64,000 bases of DNA from an uncultured Elusimicrobiaceae bacterium (GCA_964587805.1 CAZPMW010000001.1:4969-68968); one strand, 5' to 3'; counted from the first letter of the stretch, positions 9,007 through 19,102 are shown. The notes: generated by a model not told the origin, from the sequence alone. Translations and numbers: made by a program.

Positions 9007-12000
9007 CAGCTTCGGCAGGGAGTTTACTGAGAAAGTTCCTGCCGCCGTGCCGTCTATTCTCCGGACCTTGCCCTGCTGGATCGAGTTGACCAGATTGTTG
9101 GAGCCGGTGGCTGAAGTGTTCGGAGTGACGACCAGCTGCCTGGCGCCGGTGAAATGCAGCGGCAGGAAGGCCAGGCGCGTGATGTTCAGATAGCCAGTCT
9201 GCATCTCATTATCCTGGTTGGTTATGGCGGTCACGGGGGTCTGGAAATTCCTGTCAACATAGCGGTGCTTCCCGCCGAAGGAGGCCCATCCCGGGATTTC
9301 AAAAGAGCCCTCCACTTTCCTGGCATTTCCGACGCGCACCATGGGTTCGGCCACATATATCTCGTTTATGTAGACCGTGCCGCTGTGCACCCCGTCTGCG
9401 ACAGCCACGCCCATGGTTATCTGCGGTACCTGCCCGAGGCCGGGCGAGCCTTTTGAGGAGATGTTAACGGTGTAATTGGAGCCGTTCATCCATACATCAG
9501 GGACCCCGTCCCTGTTCAGGTCCACTTGTTCTATCGTGATCAGCTTCCAGCCGGGCGCGTTCATGGCGCTGAAGGGGATGTCCGCCCTGTAATAATTGTT
9601 ATCGTCACCGACCTGTATGAAGAAGCCGGCTCCATCGTCAGTGTTTTCAAGCTTGTTGAGCAGGAACATGAATTTTTTATGCTGCGAGATATCTATCGGC
9701 CGCAGGAACTTGCGGTAGACGCTGGCGGTGGAGCTTGAGGGGACGGCCGTATAGGTTATAGCCAGGGTTTGCTCTGAAAGGTCCTGGCTCTGCTGATCCA
9801 CCGAGCCGTAAAGCTTATTAAAAATATCTGTGGCGGCGCCGCCGGCCGAGTATATGGGCTTGTACCCGGGGTTGTCTATGTTGTTTATGGCCTGGATCTG
9901 TATGGCGCCGGTGCCTGCGGCCGCGCTCTGCTTTACGCCCCAGCTGTTGCCGACCGCAGCGATGCGCGCGAATTTTATGGTTCCGGTTTTCGGGCCGTCC
10001 TTATACTTTAGTGAGATGCGGACCTGTTTGATGGCGCTCCATTTATAGGTCTCGCCTTCGGCGATGGAGATAGGAGTGTAAAGAGTTTGAAAACCGGAAA
10101 AATCGACTCTGTCAGTTGCTGTATTGTTGGCGCCGTACGTAAAAGTAGATAAATTCACATAGCCAAAATCCCCGCCGGTGAAATCCTGCGGGTCCAGCCG
10201 CCCGTTCCTGTTGAGGTCTTCGGAGTCCAGGCGGCCGTTGCCGGCGCCATAGCTCTGCGATCCTTTGTTCCCCGCCGGCTGGTAAAGCCAGCCACCGTCC
10301 TCTGAAGGGGACAACTGGCCGTCGCAGTTTGTATCCTCGCTCTTCGGCGCGTTGCTAAGCGTTATGCCTTTCGCGCACACGAAGCCTGCTCCGCCAGTGC
10401 CGTCTGCGTCTTCATTAATCTGCCCCAGATGAATATTGAGCTGCGGGCCCTGGGTGCTGTCGCCGGAAACCACCAGCTCCAGGGCCGTCTTCTGCGAAAA
10501 GTCCAGGCCGGTGGGAGAAAGCGGGTAGACGATGGATACTTCCGAAGAGACGCTGAAGTCGTAGTTAACCGAGAGGACCTGCTGGGTGCCGTCTGTGGTT
10601 GCCGCGCTGTTTATGACCTTGGTTTTGATCTCTTCGCTGCGCCAGGTCACGGCGTTCGCGTGAGCCACGGCGTCAGGGTTGATCGCGGCGGAAGGGTTGG
10701 CCGCCATCTGCCAGAAATTAAAGTCCAGCCCGGCGGCGTCATCCTGCTTGACCCCCTCCATATTGTCTATAAGCGCGTTGCCGTTGAGGTTGGGGTTAAG
10801 GCGGGATTGCGCCACCTCGCCCCCGAGCGTGGTGCGCAGACCCAGCAGGTTCATGTTCTTGAACTGCGCGTCTCCCTCGTATACCAGCATGCTGTTGGTG
10901 AGGTCCGTGATATTCGGGACGGTGTTTGATTTTGCGCCGCCCTGGTAGAGGATCGTGCTGCCAATGGAAAAGTGGCTGCCAAGGTCATAGGAGATCCTGC
11001 CGCCGACCATGGACTGATTGCCGATGCCTCCGAAGGGCGAGACCTCGTAAACGATCTCGATCTTGGAGTCCTGTCTGATGCGCTCCGGATAATAAAAAGT
11101 AATGAACCCGGAGTCATAGTCAATGAAGTAATCCTCGTTGCGGTTCACCTTGGCCCCGTCAATGCGGATATAATCGGACTGCACTACGATGCCGGGCTCC
11201 AGCATGAAGGTTTTGAAGCGGTACGAATACTCCACACCTATAACGCGCTTTGATACCGGGGCCGCGGAGTAGAGTTGGGGATCTTCTTTGGTCGGGTCTG
11301 TGTCCAGCGCGAAAGGTTTTTCCAGCTTGAAGATGCCCTGTTCAAAATCCACTTCGATTGTGCCCGGGTAGGTCTGCTTCGGATCCAGCGTGGAGCCGAT
11401 CTCGTCCCTGTTCAGATTCTTGACTTTCAGGATGAAGCTTCCATGCCCGTCGTCGTGTATGATGTTGGTCTGTCCGATGCCGTAATATGTTTTCAATTCG
11501 CGGCTGTAGCCGACCTCTGTGTCCGTGGAGATAAAGATATCGCTCTGCGTTTTCAGCAGCACATAGGTTTCCGGACCGGTCGCTAAAGCCGTAAGGTTTG
11601 ATGTGCATGAGCTCTGATAGAGCCTGGTGCCGTTGCCGAGGCCGCCGTTCTCGAAGTCGATGATTACCACATCCTGCGGATTCAGGGCCCGGTTGAAAGT
11701 AACGAGGCCTTTGATGTAATCGATGACATAGTCCTGCCCGGGGTTCATTATCTGGAATCGCCCCGTATAGGTGCTGGTCTGCACAGCCAGGTCTTTGGCC
11801 TGGAGCTCCAGCACCGTCACCCCGTCCGCGATAACCCCGCTTTGCCGGTCTATGTAGAGGCGCTCCGTTCCCGATTTGATCGGCAGGCGGTCCAGATTGC
11901 CGAAGGTTACGTCGTAATATTTGCGCCGGAGATAACTCGTGTCCGGTATATCCACGCTCTGGAACTGCGTGTTGCCTGTAAAGTTCTTGGTTTTGGTGAC

Positions 12001-12783
12001 GCCTTTGGTTCGTGAGCCGATGATCGTGGACCTCAGGCCGCCGGTTTTAATATCGGCGCGTATGCCGAACACCTGCTTATTGTAGGAGACGAATTCCGTA
12101 GACGGCAGGGAGAGATCTATGTCGCCGAAGGAGACGTTCTGGACCACGTCGTTGGGATCGCCGGTATAGACCACGGAGATATCCTGCTTGTCCAGCTTGG
12201 TGTCGTCATAGTCCACGTTGACTGTTATCTTCTGCCCCACCTTCCCCTGCATGCGCACCTGCATCTGCTGCGTGATCTCGAACAGGCTCTGCGAGCGCGG
12301 CCGGGAAGTGAGCGTCTGCTCCAGCAGGTAGCGCTTGGAGGTGTAGCTGAGGGCTATTACCTTTCTGCCGGTCACGGACAGCGAGGTGCCTGAATCCTTA
12401 AACTCGACTTCGGGCGCGGGCGAAGCGGGAGCCTCGGAGGAGACTTCTACCTCCATAACGGGTTTTAGCCTGCTGCTATCGAAGCGCCCGCTCTCTATGC
12501 GTTCTCTGATATCGTTCCAGGCCTCCGGCGAATAGCTGGCCGGCGCCAGCGCGTCCAGATCCGGATCCGCGCCGGCCGCATCTTCTTCTTCGACCACCGA
12601 GATCCGGTCAGGGTCCGGTCTCTCCAGTAGAAGAAAGCGCGACGACTCCGACGGCGGGGCGGCCGTATAGGAGTCCGCGCCCAGAGCGGTGCCGTGCAGG
12701 GCGGTAAGGGCAAAAAAAATAATGCTAAGGTTCTTTGTCACGTTAAAAGGCGCACCAAAAGACCGGCCCGGGCCTGTGGCCAT
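9004..12783 (-). CDS. Giant predicted surface/outer-membrane protein, N-terminal 1259-codon segment (ends at an in-frame TGA)
   Basis: Signal peptide (KNLSIIFFALTALHGTALGADS). A Ca-binding-like Asp/Asn-rich stretch is present (EDTNCDGQLSPSEDGG...DSEDLNRNGRLDPQD). DY-x-IDY-x-x-G-x-(I/V)TF motifs recur. Beta-rich composition throughout. Same frame as 7402-9003. Confidence 0.75.
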   Translation of the reverse strand: MATGPGRSFGAPFNVTKNLSIIFFALTALHGTALGADSYTAAPPSESSRFLLLERPDPDRISVVEEEDAAGADPDLDALAPASYSPEAWNDIRERIESGRFDSSRLKPVMEVEVSSEAPASPAPEVEFKDSGTSLSVTGRKVIALSYTSKRYLLEQTLTSRPRSQSLFEITQQMQVRMQGKVGQKITVNVDYDDTKLDKQDISVVYTGDPNDVVQNVSFGDIDLSLPSTEFVSYNKQVFGIRADIKTGGLRSTIIGSRTKGVTKTKNFTGNTQFQSVDIPDTSYLRRKYYDVTFGNLDRLPIKSGTERLYIDRQSGVIADGVTVLELQAKDLAVQTSTYTGRFQIMNPGQDYVIDYIKGLVTFNRALNPQDVVIIDFENGGLGNGTRLYQSSCTSNLTALATGPETYVLLKTQSDIFISTDTEVGYSRELKTYYGIGQTNIIHDDGHGSFILKVKNLNRDEIGSTLDPKQTYPGTIEVDFEQGIFKLEKPFALDTDPTKEDPQLYSAAPVSKRVIGVEYSYRFKTFMLEPGIVVQSDYIRIDGAKVNRNEDYFIDYDSGFITFYYPERIRQDSKIEIVYEVSPFGGIGNQSMVGGRISYDLGSHFSIGSTILYQGGAKSNTVPNITDLTNSMLVYEGDAQFKNMNLLGLRTTLGGEVAQSRLNPNLNGNALIDNMEGVKQDDAAGLDFNFWQMAANPSAAINPDAVAHANAVTWRSEEIKTKVINSAATTDGTQQVLSVNYDFSVSSEVSIVYPLSPTGLDFSQKTALELVVSGDSTQGPQLNIHLGQINEDADGTGGAGFVCAKGITLSNAPKSEDTNCDGQLSPSEDGGWLYQPAGNKGSQSYGAGNGRLDSEDLNRNGRLDPQDFTGGDFGYVNLSTFTYGANNTATDRVDFSGFQTLYTPISIAEGETYKWSAIKQVRISLKYKDGPKTGTIKFARIAAVGNSWGVKQSAAAGTGAIQIQAINNIDNPGYKPIYSAGGAATDIFNKLYGSVDQQSQDLSEQTLAITYTAVPSSSTASVYRKFLRPIDISQHKKFMFLLNKLENTDDGAGFFIQVGDDNNYYRADIPFSAMNAPGWKLITIEQVDLNRDGVPDVWMNGSNYTVNISSKGSPGLGQVPQITMGVAVADGVHSGTVYINEIYVAEPMVRVGNARKVEGSFEIPGWASFGGKHRYVDRNFQTPVTAITNQDNEMQTGYLNITRLAFLPLHFTGARQLVVTPNTSATGSNNLVNSIQQGKVRRIDGTAAGTFSVNSLPKL

Positions 12784-12856
12784 AAGGCGGCCCGTTCCGC
12801 TCTTTCTCCGGAAAAGAGCGCAGCGTCACATCACCGTCTAACCGGCGGCCAAAAAC

Positions 12857-12870
12857 TATATTATAATATA
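12857..12870. promoter_or_regulatory. AT-only 14-bp perfect palindrome giving TATAAT on both strands (candidate bidirectional -10)
   Basis: tatattataatata carries a plus-strand TATAAT at 12862-12867 and a minus-strand TATAAT at 12865-12860. It lies in the 189-bp divergent region between the giant protein gene and lptF. Confidence 0.45.
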
Positions 12871-12972
12871 CTGTAATACAAAAGAATTGCGGATTTATTT
12901 AAAAACCGCAAAAAGGCCGCGGATTTTACGGCAGTCGCCCCAGCAGCCGGCAGAGCCAGACGGAATAAACCG

Positions 12973-14085
12973 ATGCGCATCCCTATAGCCCAGAAATACG
13001 TTATGCAGGTGTTTTTACGTTTCCTTGGGCTCTCTCTTTTTGTTTTTATTTCAATTTTCATAATGGTGAATTTCGTCCGCATGGTTACTGAGGGGGCCCT
13101 GAAGGGCTTTTCCTTCTACTTTCTTTTCAAGAGCGTCCTCTATCTGGTGCCCAACATAATCTCGCTCTCCCTGCCGTTTTCGTTTCTGATGGCGGTGCTG
13201 CTGAGCCTGGGCCAGCTCTCACAGGAGGGAGAGATAGTGGCGATGAGGGCCGGCGGATTTTCCTTCCCGGAAATATTATCGGCCATGTTTCAAACTTCTC
13301 TGCTGGCCTGCCTGGTTTTGCTGGCGGTCAATAACTGGTGGGGGCCAAGCGCTCTGAAGAGGTCCGCGGACTACACGCGCACCATGATAAACCGCGTTAC
13401 ACGGGTGGAGCTCAAGCCGCGCACTTTTCAGAAGGTGGCCGACTGGATCATCTACTCGGACGACGTTGACTCCGCCGCCAGCAAACTTAAAGACGTAAAG
13501 CTTCTCCGGCGGGTTAACGTCAGGAATGAGCCTGTTTTTGTCACCAAGATAAACGCGGGTGACGGGACCTACTCTGTAGTGCGAGAGCGCGGTATAGCCA
13601 TCGAGCTGCGCAGCGGGCAGTTCAGCCAGACTGATTATAAAGACCCCGGCAAGGTCATGTACGGAAGCTTTTCGTCCTACCGGACGCTTATCCCTTTCTT
13701 TTCCGATGCGGAGGGAATGCGCAAGCAGTATCCGCGCGAGATGCCGACCTCGGCCCTGCTGCGGCGCCTGTCGTGGAGCCGGCTTGAGGCGGATGTCGCG
13801 GTAAAACACCGAGTGGAGATCGCCTCGCGCCTGACCCTGGCGCTGTCTCCCCTGGTGTTTTTTCTTATAGGCGCGCCTATGGGCGTGGTGCTGGAGAAAA
13901 AAAGCCGTTCAGCCGGTTTCACGCTGAGCCTGCTGATAATTTTTTTATACTACGGTCTCAGCGTGTTCTCGATGGTGATGACGAGAAAGCATCCCTGGCT
14001 TTTCCCGTGGGCGATGTTCTCGCCGGCCTTCGCCGGTGCGGCTATAGGGCTTTTGATGTGGAAAAAACGTCTTTCTGCGCAATAG
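12973..14085 (+). CDS. lptF: LptF/LptG-family LPS export permease (YjgP/YjgQ)
   Basis: 370 aa with an N-terminal YjgP/YjgQ-type start (IAQKYVMQVFLRFLGLSLFVF). Topology is three TM helices, a periplasmic beta-jellyroll-sized loop, then three TM helices. Paired with a second family member. Confidence 0.8.
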   Translation: MRIPIAQKYVMQVFLRFLGLSLFVFISIFIMVNFVRMVTEGALKGFSFYFLFKSVLYLVPNIISLSLPFSFLMAVLLSLGQLSQEGEIVAMRAGGFSFPEILSAMFQTSLLACLVLLAVNNWWGPSALKRSADYTRTMINRVTRVELKPRTFQKVADWIIYSDDVDSAASKLKDVKLLRRVNVRNEPVFVTKINAGDGTYSVVRERGIAIELRSGQFSQTDYKDPGKVMYGSFSSYRTLIPFFSDAEGMRKQYPREMPTSALLRRLSWSRLEADVAVKHRVEIASRLTLALSPLVFFLIGAPMGVVLEKKSRSAGFTLSLLIIFLYYGLSVFSMVMTRKHPWLFPWAMFSPAFAGAAIGLLMWKKRLSAQ

Positions 14086-14095
14086 GCGAAGCTGA

Positions 14096-15187
14096 ATGAA
14101 TAAAGTTTTCTTCCGGTATATCGCTAAAGGTTTCTGGGGGCCCTTCGTCTTCGGTCTGGGCGTTTTTGTTTCGCTGCTGCTGTTTGGGAACCTTTTTGAC
14201 AAGATGAACTTTTTTATGAAAAGTTCGTCTGATATTTACACCTTTCTGGCCTATCTGCTCTACCAGACCCCCTATTTTGCCGTCAAAATGATGCCCATCG
14301 CCACGCTCCTCGCCGTCTTGTTCGCCCTGAGCGGCATGATAGCCGGGGGGGAGTGGAAGGCGGGAATGGCAGGGGGGTGGAGGCCGCTGGATATGGTCCT
14401 GCCGCTGCTGGCGTGCTCGGCCGGAGCGGCCCTGTTGCAGCTCTGCCTGCAGGAAACCGTGGCGCCTGCCTGTTATATGAAGTCCGAATACCTCTTTCAG
14501 GGTAAGATGTGGGGGCGCGCTGATTGGAAGCGGCTGGTGCGCCGGGATGTGGCATTCCTGGCGGCCCCGGATATTTTTGTAACGGCCCAGTCGTTCGACG
14601 GAGCGGAAGGGACCATGGAGCGGGTGCTTGTGAACACCTACAGCGCCGGGAAGGTGGCAACCGAGATTAATTCCGCCAGAGCGGTGTGGGACAGCGCAGG
14701 GGCCTCATGGAAATTTCTGGACGGGTTCCTGATAGAGTACGGGTCCGGATCCGGGACGCGGCCGCGAACCTCCGCTTTTAAAACCTACTCCGGCGCGCTG
14801 CGCAGCCCGCCGGAGACCATCATTCTGGAGCGTCTGGTGCCGGACGGGGTAAGTATCGCATACCTGGCAGGCCGGATCAGCCGGCTCGAGGCCGTCGGCG
14901 CTCCGGTGATAGAGGAGAAAGTCCAGCTCTACTCAAAGCTCGCCGGGCCGCTTGCGAATATAGTGCTCGCTTTAACCGGGCTGACGCTGGTCCTGCTGGT
15001 GCGGATGAACAGGATCTTCGGTTTCGGGGTGGCTCTGGCCACCGGATTCTCTTTCTGGGTGTTTATGGTTCTGGGCCAGTCGGCGGGGGAGGCGGAGATG
15101 GTTCCGCCGGCCGTAGCGGGTTTCGGCCCCGCGATAGTTTTTCTGACCGCGGCTCTGCTCGGAATGCGCAAGGCCAGAGTGTTTTGA
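14096..15187 (+). CDS. lptG: LptF/LptG-family LPS export permease (YjgP/YjgQ)
   Basis: 363 aa with the same architecture (FFRYIAKGFWGPFVFGLGVF...). Starts 10 nt after the upstream paralog. Confidence 0.75.
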   Translation: MNKVFFRYIAKGFWGPFVFGLGVFVSLLLFGNLFDKMNFFMKSSSDIYTFLAYLLYQTPYFAVKMMPIATLLAVLFALSGMIAGGEWKAGMAGGWRPLDMVLPLLACSAGAALLQLCLQETVAPACYMKSEYLFQGKMWGRADWKRLVRRDVAFLAAPDIFVTAQSFDGAEGTMERVLVNTYSAGKVATEINSARAVWDSAGASWKFLDGFLIEYGSGSGTRPRTSAFKTYSGALRSPPETIILERLVPDGVSIAYLAGRISRLEAVGAPVIEEKVQLYSKLAGPLANIVLALTGLTLVLLVRMNRIFGFGVALATGFSFWVFMVLGQSAGEAEMVPPAVAGFGPAIVFLTAALLGMRKARVF

Positions 15188-15240
15188 CCGGAAAACCTGA
15201 CGGGAGTTTGCCTTTAAAGCTAACGGGCGGAGGAGAGGCG

Positions 15241-15564
15241 ATGGCAGCGGAAGACAATATTTCAGAGAAGGCTGCCTGCTGGGCTTGCGGAGCGTCGGTT
15301 CCGCGGGATGATAACTACTGCGGGAAATGCGGCCAGGGTCTGGGCCGGTTTGTTCACTGGTATTACAAGCACACCGGGGCGGTGCTCATGTCCCTTGCCG
15401 CCGGGCCTTTCGCCCTGTATTTTATCTGGCGGTCCCCCGTTCTGCCCCGTGCCGCTAAATGGGGATATACCGCCGCGGTCGCCGTCCTTACCTGGTATGC
15501 AGTGGGCGCCGTTATGAGCTTTTGGGAACTTCTGCGGAGCGTGTCGTCCGCCGCGCAGTTCTGA
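15241..15564 (+). CDS. Zinc-ribbon membrane protein (hypothetical)
   Basis: CWACG...NYCGKCG zinc ribbon followed by two predicted TM helices. Start set to the ATG at 15241, preceded by ggaggagagg. Confidence 0.6.
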   Translation: MAAEDNISEKAACWACGASVPRDDNYCGKCGQGLGRFVHWYYKHTGAVLMSLAAGPFALYFIWRSPVLPRAAKWGYTAAVAVLTWYAVGAVMSFWELLRSVSSAAQF

Positions 15565-15666
15565 AAACCGGTTCACGGGATGCCGGCAGACCGTTCCAGA
15601 GTGTCATATACGGTTTACCACGATAATAAATGCACGGATGAACTCAGCGAGACAGCGCAGACATAA

Positions 15667-16455
15667 ATGCGGGACCTCTCAATCAGGATCATACTGGCGC
15701 GGCCCAGGAACCCCGATAATATCGGGGCGGCCGCCAGGGCTATGGCTAATTTCGGCCTGGGCTCCCTGGTTGTAGTGGACCCCCATATCCCGGTCTGGAG
15801 AGAAACCGCTGAAACGGCGGCCATGGCCGGCAGCGGCGAGCCGGTCTGGCTGATGGAGCGGGCCAGGGCGGCCGTAGGCGCAGCCGATATTATCAGGTCC
15901 GCCAGAATATGCGGGACCATGGCAGAGGCCGCCGCCGGCTGCGAGCTGCTGCTGGGGACCTCTGCGCTGCAAAGGCGCGCTCCGGACAGGGATGTAATTT
16001 CTCTTCCCGGCGTTCACGCTTATCTCGCTGAAAGGATGCCGTCCGGCAAAAAAGGGAAGCTTGGCGTACTGTTCGGCTCCGAAAGGAGCGGTCTTACCAA
16101 CGAGGACCTCTCACACTGCCACGCTGTGCTGAATATTCCGACCTGCGAAAAACAGCCCTCTATAAATCTCGGCCAGGCCGTGGCGCTGGTGTGCTATGAG
16201 CTGGCTGGTCGTTCATCCGCGGCGCTTCCACGCGCGGTCCGTCCGGCGGCGCCGGCCCCTCCGGCGCGTGAGGTAGAGCAGATTATATCGGAAATATTCG
16301 CCCTGCTGAGCGGGTCCCGTGTTTGCGGGAAGGGCGGCAGAGAGCATGAGGACGAGATCCGCAGAGCGCTTCTGGACTCCAGGATGACCAAAGGGGCTAT
16401 GGGCGTGCTGCGGGCCCTGCTGCGCCGCGCCCGAGGGTCAGGTCTTTACTTTTGA
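15667..16455 (+). CDS. SpoU/TrmH-family RNA 2'-O-methyltransferase (TrmJ-like)
   Basis: RIILARPRNPDNIGAAARAMANFGL and LNIPTCEKQPSINLGQAVALVCYEL match the SPOUT motifs 1 and 3 of the TrmJ group. Confidence 0.8.
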   Translation: MRDLSIRIILARPRNPDNIGAAARAMANFGLGSLVVVDPHIPVWRETAETAAMAGSGEPVWLMERARAAVGAADIIRSARICGTMAEAAAGCELLLGTSALQRRAPDRDVISLPGVHAYLAERMPSGKKGKLGVLFGSERSGLTNEDLSHCHAVLNIPTCEKQPSINLGQAVALVCYELAGRSSAALPRAVRPAAPAPPAREVEQIISEIFALLSGSRVCGKGGREHEDEIRRALLDSRMTKGAMGVLRALLRRARGSGLYF

Positions 16456-16507
16456 CTTGATAGAGGCGCACACTGAGTGTTAATGGTCAAAAGTAAAGAC
16501 CTGACCC
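16435..16507. terminator. Large perfect inverted repeat between convergent genes (bidirectional terminator candidate)
   Basis: gggtcaggtctttacttttgac (16435-16456) and gtcaaaagtaaagacctgaccc (16486-16507) form a 22-bp perfect stem with a 29-nt loop. The left arm overlaps the last codons and stop of the methyltransferase gene. The tkt stop is at 16520. Confidence 0.7.
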
Positions 16508-16519
16508 CTATCTACCTAT

Positions 16520-18490
16520 CTATTTTCCCAGGAATTCCTTTATTCGGGCCGCTACGGCCCCGGGAGTGAAGCCGAAGCGGGCGAAGACCTCCGCGTCAGG
16601 CGCCGAGCGTCCGAATGTTTCTATCCCTATAGTTAGCGAACGGTTATTCGCTAATTCTTTCCAGCCGGGGCCGCGCCCGGCCTCTATGAATACCTTCGGC
16701 AGGGTTTTATCCAGCACGGCGCTGCGGTGCTCTTCGCTCTGGGCGGCGAAAACCTCGGCGCAGGGCATGGATATGATCCTGGCCATTATTCCCTCTTTTT
16801 CAAGCAGCGCGGCCGCGTCGAGCGCGAGCGGCACTTCTGAGCCGGTGGCGATCAGCTCCAGGTCAGCCAGGCCCGAAGTGCCCTTTATGACATAGCCGCC
16901 TTTCTTTACGCCTTCCCGGATCCTGTCCTTATGCGCCGTCTGCACCGGCAACTTCTGCCGCGAGAGCAGCAGGCAGGCCGGCTTGCGCCTTTTAAGTATC
17001 TCCTCCCAGGCGCAGAAAGTTTCGTGCGCGTCGGCGGGGCGCCAGACATCCAGATTCGGTATCAGGCGCAGCGCCATTATATGCTCCACCGGCTGGTGCG
17101 TCGGGCCGTCCTCTCCCACGCCCACGCTGTCGTGCGTGAAAATAAAGAGCGAGTGGATGTCCATCAGCGCCGCCAGCCGCACGGCCGGACGCATGTAATC
17201 GGAGAAGACGAGGAAGGTGGCGCCGAACGGCCGCAGGCCGCCGTGCAGGGCGAGGCCGTTAACTATGGCGCCCATGGCGTGCTCCCTGATGCCGAAATGC
17301 AGCGTCCGGTCCGGGTGCGCCGTGAAACCGGTTTTAGTGGAGGGCGCCAGGTCCGCCGCGCCGCCAAGCAGGTTCCCGACGCGGTCCGCCAGCAAGTTAA
17401 GGGCTTTATGCGAGGCTTCGCGCGTTGCCATCGCCGTCTCCGCGAAGGCGAGGTCTTCGTCTTTCAGGATGTTCTCGAGCGGCTCGGTGGAGAAATAGTC
17501 GTTGAGCCTGCCCGCCAGGACGGGATCCGCCACGCGGTATGTTTTGAGAAGCTTGAGCCATTTTTTCTCGGATTTGGCTCCCTCCACGGCCAGCTCTTCG
17601 AAGTGCGGAGCGAGCTCCTCAGGGTATTTGAAGGGCTCGTCCAGCGGCCAGCCGAGGGCTTTTTTAGTGGCCAGGACCTCCTCCTGTTTCAGCGGCTCGC
17701 CGTGCACGGAGTTTTTGTCCTGCTTGGGGCTTCCGAAGCCGATATTCGTCCTGGCGATTATAAGTACCGGCTTTTCCGCGCTCTTTTTGGCTTTTTTGAA
17801 GGCGCGGTCCAGCTCGTCCAGATCATTGCCGTTCTCCACTTCCAGCACTTCCCAGCCCTGCGCGGAAAATCTTTTTTTCACATCCTCAGTGAAGGCCAGA
17901 CCGGTGGAGCCCTCTATGGTTATGCCGTTTGAATCGTACAGGCAGATAAGTTTGCCCAGCTTCAGATGGCCCGCCAGGGAAGCCGCCTCGTAGCTCAGGC
18001 CCTCCATCAGGTCTCCGTCTCCGACAAGTACATAGGTATGATGATCTATAAGACTGATCTCAGGAGTGTTAAAGACGCCGGCCAGGCGCTTTTCCGCCAT
18101 GGCCATGCCGACGGCGTTGGCGAAGCCCTGCCCCAGCGGGCCGGTGGTTGTTTCCACGCCTTTTGTGTGACCGTGTTCCGGATGGCCGGGAGTCAGGCTG
18201 TCCAGCTGGCGGAAGCGCTTGAGCTCATCCATTGATAAGCCGTAACCGAACAGGTGCAGCATGGCGTATAGCATGGCCGAGCCGTGGCCGGCCGACAGCA
18301 CAAAGCGGTCGCGGTTCAGCCAGCCGGGGTTAGCTGGATTATGTCTGAGGTGGCGGCTCCACAGGACATAAGCGGCCGGGGCCAGGCCCAGCGGCAGCCC
18401 CGGATGGCCGGAATTGGCTTTTCCAATCATATCTATCGCCAGCGTTCTGATAGCGTTCACCGACAGCCGGTCCGTTTCATTGAAGGGCAT
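16520..18490 (-). CDS. tkt: Transketolase
   Basis: 656 aa with the N-terminal [11 protein letters not shown] motif, the TPP-binding GDGDLMEG motif, and the pyrimidine-binding and C-terminal domains. Confidence 0.95.
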   Translation of the reverse strand: MPFNETDRLSVNAIRTLAIDMIGKANSGHPGLPLGLAPAAYVLWSRHLRHNPANPGWLNRDRFVLSAGHGSAMLYAMLHLFGYGLSMDELKRFRQLDSLTPGHPEHGHTKGVETTTGPLGQGFANAVGMAMAEKRLAGVFNTPEISLIDHHTYVLVGDGDLMEGLSYEAASLAGHLKLGKLICLYDSNGITIEGSTGLAFTEDVKKRFSAQGWEVLEVENGNDLDELDRAFKKAKKSAEKPVLIIARTNIGFGSPKQDKNSVHGEPLKQEEVLATKKALGWPLDEPFKYPEELAPHFEELAVEGAKSEKKWLKLLKTYRVADPVLAGRLNDYFSTEPLENILKDEDLAFAETAMATREASHKALNLLADRVGNLLGGAADLAPSTKTGFTAHPDRTLHFGIREHAMGAIVNGLALHGGLRPFGATFLVFSDYMRPAVRLAALMDIHSLFIFTHDSVGVGEDGPTHQPVEHIMALRLIPNLDVWRPADAHETFCAWEEILKRRKPACLLLSRQKLPVQTAHKDRIREGVKKGGYVIKGTSGLADLELIATGSEVPLALDAAALLEKEGIMARIISMPCAEVFAAQSEEHRSAVLDKTLPKVFIEAGRGPGWKELANNRSLTIGIETFGRSAPDAEVFARFGFTPGAVAARIKEFLGK

Positions 18491-18525
18491 AAGTGCGTCT
18501 CCTGATTGTTTGAAGGTTTGGAAGT

Positions 18526-19077
18526 TTAACTTTTATTGTTTCTCTGCTCGTACGCCTGTATCGCGATAATTGTCTTGGCATCCCGTATCTTCCCGCTCCG
18601 GATAAGACCCATAGCCTTACCGGACGGCAGGCGCTCCGCCGTTATGAACTCGTCCTCGTCCGGAGAGGGTGCGCCGGCCTTAAGCCCCCTGGCGATAAAC
18701 ACATGCAGGATCTCGTTTGAGAAGGCGGGCGTCGGCCAGAAAGACATGATGCGCTCCATCGAGGCCGCTGTGTAGCCGGTTTCCTCCCTGAGCTCGGCCC
18801 GGGCGCGCTTGAGGGGAGGATCGCCGGCCGAATGCAGCTTCCCGGCAGGGATCTCAAGGGTGGCCCTGCCCACCGGGTAGCGGTACTGCCGCACGAACAG
18901 TATATCGCCGTTCTCCAGCACCGGCAAAACGGCTACCGCGCCGGGATGGTCCAGAAACTCCCGGGTGGCGATTCCTCCATCGGGCAGGCGGATGGTGTCA
19001 ACCCTGAAATTCACGGCTTTTCCGGAGTAAACCCTTCCGGTTTTCAGGCGTTTCTCGAACAGTTTCTCTGTTTTCAT
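18526..19077 (-). CDS. Nudix hydrolase (ADP-ribose pyrophosphatase family)
   Basis: Nudix box [24 protein letters not shown]. 183 aa. Lies upstream of tkt on the same strand. Confidence 0.8.
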   Translation of the reverse strand: MKTEKLFEKRLKTGRVYSGKAVNFRVDTIRLPDGGIATREFLDHPGAVAVLPVLENGDILFVRQYRYPVGRATLEIPAGKLHSAGDPPLKRARAELREETGYTAASMERIMSFWPTPAFSNEILHVFIARGLKAGAPSPDEDEFITAERLPSGKAMGLIRSGKIRDAKTIIAIQAYEQRNNKS

Positions 19078-19090
19078 AAGACCGCTTATA

Positions 19091-19102
19091 AATTATATAA
19101 TT
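19091..19102. promoter_or_regulatory. 12-bp AT-only palindrome giving overlapping divergent -10 hexamers
   Basis: aattatataatt carries a plus-strand TATAAT at 19096-19101, 6 nt before the dnaE ATG at 19108, and a minus-strand TATAAT at 19097-19092, 14 nt before the Nudix ATG at 19077. The whole intergenic region is 30 bp. Confidence 0.5.

Noticed and set aside
16931-17932. 333-aa plus-strand ORF, and similar long ORFs at 19546-20676 (-), 45401-46279 (-), 23134-23940 (-), 23921-24844 (-), 30832-31533 (+), 37850-38578 (+), 21982-22623 (-), 22512-23264 (-), 40170-40889 (+) and 5453-6028 (-).
   Set aside because: Each lies antisense to a gene with unmistakable conserved motifs (tkt, dnaE, the his block, the OMP, pfk, DegT, glcD, the lyase, GH13). 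Their translations are Arg/Gly/His/Pro/Ala-rich low-complexity strings with no recognisable motifs. This is typical of shadow ORFs in GC-rich DNA, where stop codons are rare.
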